Source: Neocallimastix sp. 'constans' (Eukaryota). From it: a stretch of 64,000 nt of DNA. Shown here piece by piece: positions 22,526 through 38,179 of the stretch. The notes below the pieces were generated by a model. It did not search any database and was not told the origin of the DNA. It saw only the letters and a list, made by a program, of their open reading frames with translations. A program made the translations under genes and the position numbers. The stretch covers positions 62,001 through 126,000 of the forward strand of contig JBODTK010000001.1 of the NCBI GenBank assembly GCA_050613775.1, given 5' to 3'. The stretch's first letter is position 1, and every line of letters starts with the position of its first letter.

Positions 22526-24745
22526 ATTATTATTTTATTTTTATTGATTATTTCTTAATACTCTATGTTAACCCTATTTATTATTTGGATTTGTTATTGC
22601 TGAGATCGAATGGAGCTTATATAATATATGATGGCGATAATATTGTTGTTAGCTATTTATTATAAGCCTTTTTATTAATCATTTCTTTATTTTTATATTA
22701 TATTTTAAAATGTTATAATACTTAACTTTCGATTTGGTGAGACTGAAACTCTTAATCTATTAAAAGGAAAATATTTCATTTAACTTTATTTTATTTTTAG
22801 AATACATACAATTATGTTTAGTAACGTTTTTAAGGAAGATATTTATTCAAAAATTTAGAATTATTTTATTTTTATGTTTTACTTAAATTCATTTTATTAT
22901 TAATATTTATATATTTATTTTTTTAAAGTAAATATTTAAATATTAAAAAAATTTTTTTCATATATAAATATCTTTATAAATATCTGTTTAAATAAAATAA
23001 ATAATAAATAATTGATAAATAATATATAATAAAATAAATAATTATTTTATTACTATTTTACAAAATATTAAAATATATCTTAATAATTAAATATATTTTT
23101 AAAGTTAAATATTATAAATAATTATTTTATTTCTATAATACAAAATATTAAAATATATCCTTAATTAATTATTAAATATAATAAAAACAAGTTCAAAAAA
23201 AAAATTAATTTGAATTGTTATTTATTTATTCATTCATTTATTTATATCAATAAGCCACTTGGCGAAATGCAACTCTCCCTATATAAATAAAAAATAAATA
23301 AATTTTAATTTTTAATTATTGTAATAATACATTTTTTGTAGTACACATCATATTTTATATTGACTCCTTAATATATCTTGTTTAATTGTTAAGTTATTTC
23401 CAAAAAAAAAAATTTTTTTTTGAACATGATATTTATTAATTATCTATTATTAAAAAACCTAATAAATAATGAATATGTTATTAATTATTTATTATGTTTT
23501 TTTTTTTTTTTTTTTTTTTAATTATTATTATTATTATTATTATTTTTTGTATTATAATACTTTCTTGTTTTTTCAATTTATTATTTATACAAATTATTTA
23601 TTTATTTTCATTTATTTTATTATATTTTTTTTTTTTTAAAAAAGATTTTTTTTCTAAAAAAAAAAAAAGAGGATTTTTATCTATTTATACTAATTTATAT
23701 TAAAAAATCAAAAAAAAAAAAAATAGTAAAATCTTGTATTAAAAAATAAATAAATAATAATAATAATGAATAAAAAATAAGGATAGTAAAAAATCTAATA
23801 ATAACAATTATTATATTTATATATATAGAAATAAAAAAAAACATTAATATTATAATACATAACAAAAAAAAATTTTTTTAAAAAATGTATTAATATTAAT
23901 ATAAATTTTTTTTTTTTTTTTTTTTAATATTATGCTAAATTTTTTAAATGTAAATTTTGGTTGATAAAAAAAAAATTACATGTTGATATGTATACTAAAT
24001 GAATAAATGCATAATGATGATTGGCTTCTTTGGTGTACTGAATTATTTTTATTGCAAGTATTTGAAATTTTCATTAAAACTTAAACATATAAAGAAAAAT
24101 TTCTTGATTTATTGATTGCAAAAAAAAAAAAAAAAAAAATGAATAGGTTGGATTGAATTGAATTGAATTGAATTGAATTGAATTAAATTAAATTATTTTC
24201 GTTTAATAAAAAAAAATAATAATAAATGAATAAGTGAATTGAATTTTTTTTTTTTTTATATAAAATTTTTTATTTTTTATTCTTTATTTTTTTTTAATCT
24301 TTAAATGTGGGGTAATAATACCAATGATTTGAATTATTCATTATCTATCTAATGATTTTTTTAAATATTGATTAATTAATAATTAATAATTTGTATTATT
24401 CTTTATCAGTGAAATAATCTCTCTCTCTCTCTCTTTTTTTTTTTTTTTTTTGTTGTTGATGTTGCTTTGTTTTATAAAAAAAAAAAATTCATAAAAAATA
24501 ATTATCTTATATTAAATTATATTACTGTATTTTATTTTTTTTTAAGCTATATTATATAATTATTAAATTATCTTTGATAATATATATATTTTTTATAAAA
24601 AAATGCTTTTATTGTGTGAATTCAAGATATATATAAAGTTATATAGTTTTTTTTTTTTAAATTAAAATGAAGATATAAAATTTATATATATATATATATA
24701 ATTGATATTTAAGAGGAATATATTGATTGTTGTTTGTCAATTTTT

Positions 24746-26592
24746 TTAATTATTTTCCTCTTTTAATAATTTAATTAAAATTAATAGTTCATCCGCATCC
24801 TATAAATGATTTCAATTTATTATTTTTATAGAGATTAAATTTTATATATTTAAAAAAAAAAAAAAAAAAAAAAGTAGTATATTCCTTATTAGTATATATT
24901 TATATATTGTATATATCACTAAACAATAAATTTATACATTATTTATATATTAATTATTAGTTGTTAATATATAATAAATTTTTATAATTGCTCTCTTCAT
25001 ACATTATATATCCAATTATTCCAATCTTCTTTTGCAATTTTTGCAACTTGAGCCTATATAAAATAGTATTTATAAATATTATTATGTGTATATATATATG
25101 TATTTTAAAGAAAAAATAATTAGAATATTATAGTTTTTATATTTAAGATATTATTTTTTTTTATATTAATATAATATATTGAATCTATTTACTTCTAAAC
25201 CTGGTAGTAGTAAATTATCTTTAAAATATTCAAATTTCTTTACCACTACATTTAACATGACATGAATTGCCCATTTTCGCTTTAAGTATTCAAAAGAAAT
25301 AAGTAAATAAATAAATAAAATATATATATATATATTAATATATAGATTTGATTTGATAATATTCCATTTTCCAAATTTATTATGATTTTAAAATTTTCAA
25401 TTGATATATAATATATATGAATAAAAAATAAAAAATAAAATAAAAAGAAAAAAAATTAGATTAATAATATTTTTTAATATTTATTAATATTTATTAATAA
25501 TTAATTAATATAAAGTCCATTTTGTATATGTATGTAGGTATTAGCAATATTCAAATGTTTATAATATTTACGATATCTTCATTTCTATCTTTTATTAATG
25601 TCAGTAGATGATCAAATAGTTTATATTCTATCATAACTTTGTAAAGTTGATTACTACGACATAATACATATATAGTTTGAATTACTTGCTATAATATTAA
25701 TTATTAATTAATTGATAGAATATTTAATATATATATAGAGAGAGAGAATATATATAATAATGATAATAATTAAACATTTTAATATTATGTATTTGTAATT
25801 AAATATATTATTATTATTATTATAATTATAGTTATTATTATTTAAGAAATATAATATTCATTTTTAATTTAAAAATTTATTAATATATATATACCAATCT
25901 TAACATGGATGGTTCTACTACTGATGTTGAAATTTTCATTAACACTTGTAAAAATCTACGATTTCTTAAAATATACTATTTTTTTTTTTTTTTGTTCATA
26001 TTTATCCATAAAAAATTGCATAATACATATACATATATATATATTATTATTATTATTATTATCATTATATATTCATAAAAAAAATTTATATATTAATTAT
26101 TTTTATTCTTTTTCAAAATAAAAATTTATATTTATTTAAATATTATCCTATCATACGCTTTCTATGGCTTCTCCACCTAAGAATGCTATATTTCCAATTT
26201 CTACACATGCTAAAATTAAAAAAAAAAAAAAGTGAATATATATTAAAGAATACATATATATATATATGTTTTTAATTAATATAGAAATAGAGATAAACTA
26301 AAAAAAAAAAAAAACATTCATTATATATAATAATATGTAATAAATGTTTTTATATATAGATATAATGCTTATTTTAAAAATTTTCCACTTTTTATAATCA
26401 ATTCATAAATGTTTTATTTTTTATATCTAATTTTATTATATATATATATTTACCACTATATCTTAATGATAAACTTGCTGAATATAATTTTTTTAATTCA
26501 TTTTCAAATGCTTTCACGTAGGAGAACCTCCCTGAATTATCATTACTATTACTACTAGCATCATCATCAATATCAACTATATTATAATTCAT
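24746..26592 (-). CDS. ARMH2: ARMH2 (C6orf229)-like armadillo-like helical protein, 193 aa, 7 exons
   Basis: Exons 26592-26454, 26209-26157, 25975-25895, 25688-25572, 25279-25193, 25053-25003 and 24799-24746 are all GT-AG and phase-consistent, with no internal stop. Protein: MNYNIVDIDDDASSNSNDNSGRFSYVKAFENELKKLYSASLSLRYSACVEIGNIAFLGGEAIESYILRNRRFLQVLMKISTSVVEPSMLRLQVIQTIYVLCRSNQLYKVMIEYKLFDHLLTLIKDRNEDIRKWAIHVMLNVVVKKFEYFKDNLLLPGLEAQVAKIAKEDWNNWIYNDADELLILIKLLKEENN. The gene model is strong; the family call rests on recalled ARMH2 motifs IG-xAF-GG and ExWxxWxxNxAxxL. Confidence 0.72.
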
Positions 26593-27789
26593 TGATAAAA
26601 GTTTCTTTCTTTTTTTTTTTATATATATTATATATATTATTCTGTATTGGTTTATTAATATTTACAAATTTTTTTTTTTTTTTTTGTATATTTCCTTTTA
26701 ATATATTTTAAATTTTAATGTTTCTTTTCTTTCCCTTTTTCTTTTTCTTTTTTTTTTTTTTAAAAAAAAAAAAACTTCAATAAACGTTCTTCTAATATGA
26801 AAGAATAAGAAAAATAGTATTTATATTTATCGATTTTATTTTATTTTCAACTTGATAATAGATGTATTTTTATTAATATCTTAATGGGACCCAAAAATAT
26901 AGAAAAGAAAGAGAAAAAAAAAATGACTTTCCATAAATTTAAATATAAATATATATATATTTATAACCGAAATATTTTGATATTATTATATATATATCAA
27001 TACAAGTATTAATTTTTTTTTATTTTTATTTTTTTTTTTTTTTTTTTTAAAAAAAAAGAGCTTCCCCTTTATTATAATTGTTGTTATCTTTCAATTTTCT
27101 ACTTTGCTTTTTTTTTTTTTTATTTGATTATATCTTAATTTTAACTTTAATATGAAGTATTACGGAATATTTATTTTTATATTAATAACAGAATTGACGT
27201 CTTTAAAAAAATTTTATTTAAGAACATAAAAAAGAATCAATTATTTAAAAAGGTTTATTTTATTTATTTCTTTTCTTTCTTTTTTTAATTCTTACTTATT
27301 TCATTTGAAACTGAAAATATAAAAATTTAAAATAATATATATATTTACTTTAATTAAATATATATATATAAATATATAGCTAATAAAAATAAAAATAATA
27401 ATAATAATAAAAATTGGTATATATTATTGGATATAACAATATATGTATATATAAAAAAGTATTAACAATGATTGTATATTACTTAAAATACATTAAAATG
27501 ATTTAAAAATAGTAATGGTTAAAAAAAAAAGTATTTTTTTAAAATAAAATATAAATAAAAAATATTAACAGGATATCTTAATTTCTTATAATATATTTAA
27601 AAAATATTTACTTTTAATACTATTTTTAATTCCATATTTTTTACAATTTTATTTATGTAATATTTTTTAAAATTTGTACATTTTATATATATATATATAA
27701 TAATAATATGAAAATAAACACTTAAATTTGGCAACTTCAAAATTTTATTTATTATTTTATTATTATTTTGTTATTATTATTATTATTAT

Positions 27790-27860
<71 letters not shown>

Positions 27861-28188
27861 TATTATTATAGTTAATTGTTAATAATTTTTTTAACATTTT
27901 ATTTTATAAAATTTATATATGTTATTTTTGTTTAATAAGAATAATATTCATATATTAAACTTTAATTTCTAACAAATAATATTCATTAAATTAATAATTA
28001 ATGATTTATAACTCGTAATCATAATCAACAATAAATGATTAATAATTTGTTTTATATCAATTAATGTTGTAATTTCTATTTAGTATTTTAGTATGATTTA
28101 TTATAAAATTTATATTATTTTTAAAATTTTAAAATTATTTTTTTTTATTTTTTTTTTTTTTAATTTATTTATTTATTTATTTATTTAT

Positions 28189-28240
<52 letters not shown>

Positions 28241-28554
28241 CTACAAAAATAATGAATTAAAGTTAGATTTAATTTTTTAGAATGAAACTTTATTTGATAA
28301 TTTTTATGAATGACTATAAAATAAAAATAAATTGATAGTTATGTTATTTTTATATTAATTTTATTCTTTTTTTAACATGAATAGCATTAAGCAGTTTATT
28401 TAAATAATACTTTAATAATTTTAAAGTAGATTAATAATATATATAAAATTTATTATTAATCATCTAATCTAATTCCAAAAAAGCATATTTAAAAATATTA
28501 TTATCTAATTTTAAAATTATTTATTTATTTTTTTTTATGCTTTTTTATACTAAT

Positions 28555-28609
<55 letters not shown>

Positions 28610-28970
28610 ATATAATAAAATAATGAGCAATTGAATATTTTTATTAATAATAATCATATTTTCATCAGTAAAATAATTCTAATGGTTGAAAGAAAAAAAT
28701 AAATAAAAAAAGAACATTAATTAATATATAATTTATTATCATTGAAATACTTTCTTTAAATAACATTATGTTATGATAATAAATTATAGTTTCTTTATTT
28801 TCTATTAAATATTTTACATTAAAAGTATCATTTATGTAAAGAGATTAATAAAATAATTTAAATAAAAAAAAAAAAAAATTAAAAATTAATTTTTTTTTTT
28901 TTTTTTTTTTTTTAATAATAATTAATAATTTAATTTCATAATAATATACTAATACATTGTTTTATTTACT

Positions 28971-33523
<4,553 letters not shown>

Positions 33524-34423
33524 ATTTTCTTGTTTTTATTAAACATTGATTAATAACAATTTATTTAAAATTTATTTATACATACATATATATATATTTT
33601 TTCTTTTTAATAATTAATTAAATTTCAAATTTCAAAATAAAACTTCAATGTTATAATAAAATTAATAAATTTTCTATATTTATTAATAGATGAACAACAT
33701 AGGTGTTTGATGCTAAAACTATGCTAAAAACCATACCATTTTCATCAAAAAAAAAAAAATAAAAATAAAAAAAATAAATAAAATAAAAAATATGCATAGT
33801 TTTAGCATAATCATCACGCAAATACACTTATATATTAACAATATATGCATATATATTCATCAACATCATCATCATTTATGGAACGAATTATTATTTCCAT
33901 TAGTGTGATCTTTTTAAATAGCAAAAGTGGTAGTATTTAGTAACCTGTTATCTAGAGCTGGAATGATAGTTAATCTATTTGAATAAATATAATAATAATA
34001 TATAACTATTTTTTTTTTTTTTTTTCAAAAAATATATTATAGAAATTATTTTAATGACAAAAGTAATAAAAAAAAATTTTTTTTTTGAACTTTTGTATTT
34101 GGAATAATTAATATATTACCTATATTAATATATATATATTTTTTAATCTCTATTCTTTTCTTAGTAACGTAATTATTTAATTAAATTATTTTCATACCAA
34201 AATTAATTAGAATTATTGATTAATTTATACCTTTAATATTTTTCTTATATATTAATTAAATTATTATCGTATTTCATTTCATTTCATTCTTTCTTTTTTG
34301 TTTTTTTTTTTTTTTTACTTCTTTTTAAAACTCTAAAAAAAATAATATAGTTTTTAATAGTTAATTATTCACTACTCTTAATACAAAAAAGTTCAAAATG
34401 ATTTGGAATATTCATTTATAATT

Positions 34424-34460
<37 letters not shown>

Positions 34461-34654
34461 ATTATATATATATGTATTCTTAAATGACAATAGTTTTAAA
34501 TTATTAATAAAAATATTTATTGGATCTCTTTGAATTTTTTATTTATTTATTTATTTGTCTATTTTGTTTATTGGAAATGATTATTTACTTAATATTTAAA
34601 AAGATCATCTTTTTTTAATTTTCTATATTGATTCGGATTTAATAAAAACTTTAA

Positions 34655-35205
34655 TTTTAAATATTTATAATAATTTTTTATTAATTAAAAAAAAAAATAA
34701 TAATAATAATAATAAATAAAAGAAAAACTTTAATTATTGACTCTTAATAAATAATAAATAATAAATAATTGAATAATAAATAATCAATAATCAATAATCA
34801 ATAATCAATAATCAATAATCAATAATCAATAATAAATTTTAAATATTTATAATAATTATCTTTTTATTAATTAAAAAAAAAATAATAATAATAATAATAA
34901 TAAATAAAAGAAAAACTTTAATTATTGACTCTTAATAAATAATAAATAATAAATAATTGAATAATCAATAATCAATAATCAATAATAAATAATAAATAAT
35001 AATAAATAATAAAAAAGAGTATTTATTAATAAATAATAAATAATAAATAATAAATAATAAATAATAAATAATAAATAATAAATAATTGAATAATAAATAA
35101 TTGAATAATAAATAATAAATAATAAATAATAAATAATAAATAATAAATAATAAATAATCAATAATCAATAATCAATAATCAATAATCAATAATCAATAAT
35201 AAATT
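34655..35205. repeat. Heptamer minisatellite (AATAAAT / AATAATC) with a local ~180-bp tandem duplication
   Basis: Runs of AATAAAT and AATAATC; the AAAGAAAAACTTTAATTATTGACTCTTAATAA block occurs twice (~34718 and ~34907). Confidence 0.85.
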
Positions 35206-35921
35206 TAAATTTACTTTAATATGGATTAATTTTCAATATTTATTTGGTGTAACTTTTTATTTATTTAAATAAGAAAATTTACATATATTAATAATATATT
35301 CATTTATGTATTACCATTATATTGAAACGTAAAAAAAGAATAATATAAATATATATAATATATTAATAAAATAGAATAATTTTTATAATTAAATATATTA
35401 ATTATTAATTATTTTTTTTTTTTTAAATGATGACCAAATTAAATAAAAATAATTTTTTTATGTAATACATTTTGAATTTATATAAATAATATAGTTTTAA
35501 ATAATTAAAAAATAATAATAATATTTAAAAATTTAATGCATAAAAATACAGGCATAGACACTTATACCATTTTTAAGTATTAAGTTGTAAGTAATAAGTT
35601 GTAAGTAATAATTAAAAAGTAAAATTAATAAGCAATTTGTGATAGCTTATAAGTTTTATGCAATAAGAATATGTAATAATTAAAAAGTAATAAATAATTT
35701 TGTTATATGTATCATGAATAAGTTAAAAGTTATTATTTATAAGTAATAAGCAATATATAATATAAAATTATAAGTAATATGAAGTAGTAATACTAATAAC
35801 ATTGTAATCCCTTATATTAGTAAAAATAATAATTGCTTTAATTATAGAAATATCTATTTTATTCTAAATATTGTAAATTAACTCTATACAAAATGAATAG
35901 ACTAATTATTAATTATCCATG

Positions 35922-35957
<36 letters not shown>

Positions 35958-36431
35958 TATATATATATATATATTTAATATAAAATAATTTCATATTTAA
36001 GTATTTTATAAGTTATATATTATATATTTACAAATTTATGTTTTATTATAGTTGCCATTATTGCTATTAATTACATCTATTTTAATATTAATATTAATTC
36101 TATTGATAATCTTAATCCTTAATATTTTTTTAACAATAGTTTTAATTCCATCATTAATTATGTAATTAAAAAGTTTTATTTTTATTTATCATTTAATTTA
36201 TTATCTTAATTATTTGTACCATTTTATTATATATATATAACATTTCTTTATTTTATTTTGATTTTATTATTTATTATAATTTCTACTACTTTTTATTTTT
36301 TTTATTATTATTTTAAGTTTTAAAATCAATTTGTAGAGATATAAGAAATAAAAAAATTTTTTTTTCATAATTATATTTTATATATAATTTGATATAAATA
36401 AATTTAATAAAATGTAAAATTTTTTATATAT

Positions 36432-36468
<37 letters not shown>

Positions 36469-38097
36469 ACTTTAAAATTTATTATATATTAAATAATAAT
36501 TATATTTTTGACTAATTATATAAATATTTCAATAATTGCATGCATCTTTGATATTAATAATTAGTAATTAATAATTAGTAATTAGTTAATTAAATATTAT
36601 AAATATATATCATATTTAAAAGTTTTTATATTTTATATTATATATATATTTACCATAATTAAAAAATTTTACATTTCATATTAAAGATACATAATTTTTA
36701 AATTTTTATATATCATAGTAATTAGGCTTTTTAATTATGATTTTGATAAAATCATAATTATACATATATATAATTTAATTATCATAGAATTAACATAATT
36801 ATTAAAAAAATAAAAAAAGAAAAAAATTTTTTTATAATAATTATACCTTGATTTCCTTTTCCTTTCACTTCCTTTCTTATCTTTCCTTTTTTTTTTTATA
36901 TATATATTTTATATTTTTTAATAATAAATATATTTTCTTTAAATATTAATATTTGGAAGATTAAGTTTTTAATTTTACGATATAATATTATTGTAGAGAT
37001 TATACAAAGTAGAGAATCGATTCTGAAAATTGAAAATTTTTTATTAAAAAAAAAAAGTTAAGGAAGACAAAAAATAAAAAGTACAAATTTATTTTTTTCT
37101 TCTAGAAAAAGAAGAAAAGAGGAAAAATTAAAAAAAAAAAAAAAAAAATGGAAAAAGAAAAAAAGAAAAATAAATAATTTTTGAATAGAAAATATCAAAA
37201 ATTAAGAAGTGAAATGAAAAGTAAGATTATAATAAATTTAATGATAAAATAATAATAATATAATCATAAAAAAAACTTTATTAATAAATTATATTATTAC
37301 GATATTATAAAATATATATAAACATTTATATTATATACTATATATACTTAACATTTATATTATATACTTAACATTATAAAAAATCTTTTTTTTTTTTTAC
37401 TCAATAATATTCTAAAATTTATTCAGAGAGAATAGTAATATAAAAAAATAAAATTAAAATAAAATACTAAAATTTTATAAACTTTCAAAATAATAAAATA
37501 ATAATAATAACAACAATAATAATTCACATAATTATTATATGTTATTATTTACAAATCAAAAATTTTTTAATTATTATTAGTGATATAATAGAACATAACA
37601 CATATATTAAATAACAATAGAATCAACAATAAAAAGCAATCCTCCAAAAAAAAATAAAAAGATCCACATTGCATTATAAACACCAATACTACATAAAAAA
37701 TACATATATATATATATTTTTGTCATATCTAATTTTGAGTATTAATAAAATCAAGAGATATATGAAGGTAATAATATTCAAATATAAAAATAAAACAAAA
37801 TAAAAATTATATTTAAATTAATCCATTATAAATTACTAATAATAAAGTAATTATATATAATAAAAAGAAAAGGGAAATTATCAAATAATATATTATTCAA
37901 ATATTAGCTTGATATTAAATATAAACATATTTATTTATGTTTTATAAATTTATTTGCCACTTATTCATATTAGAATTTTAAGCTTATTTTTTAAAAACAA
38001 GTTAAAATAAAGTAACATCAGAAATAATTATATATAAAAATATATATTTGAAGAGTAAATATTAAAATTTTTAAAAGTAATACAAAATAAAATAAAA

Positions 38098-38137
<40 letters not shown>

Positions 38138-38179
38138 TAAAATAATTATATATCGAGGGTATAATAAGGAAAAGTAAAA

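Larger units (their letters stand above)
1825..22900 (-). mobile_element. Ty1/copia LTR retrotransposon 1, degenerate, with RT deleted and ~17.5 kb of nested insertions
   Basis: Direct-repeat LTRs at 1825-2033 and 22758-~22900. PPT GAGGGAG at 2034-2040 (- strand) abuts the TG. The - strand order is gag (21543-20680), protease (WLLD motif ~3985-3960), GAG-pre-integrase (RLGHFNI ~2745-2720), integrase (2598-2270), then the RNase H C-terminus (KSKHID...LADRFTKYL, 2260-2095). Confidence 0.85.
1694..23279. mobile_element. Mutator-like non-autonomous element (MITE), copy 1, split into 1694-1824 and ~22900-23279 by a copia insertion
   Basis: Left end GGGAGTTTCATTTCACCAA...GGTTGCATTTCGCCAA and right end CTTGGCGAAATGCAACTCTCCC form an inverted pair. 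The halves align with the reverse complement of the intact copy at 55879-56358. Flanks TATATATAT / TATATAAAT are a putative 9-bp TSD (8/9, low complexity). Confidence 0.7.

Noticed and set aside
33711..33808. 15-bp inverted repeat ATGCTAAAACTATGC / GCATAGTTTTAGCAT
   Set aside because: Single occurrence with no clear TSD; could be a tiny MITE but is unsupported.
34965..35168. IIYYLLF-repeat ORFs (also 47115-47363)
   Set aside because: Translations of the heptamer minisatellite.
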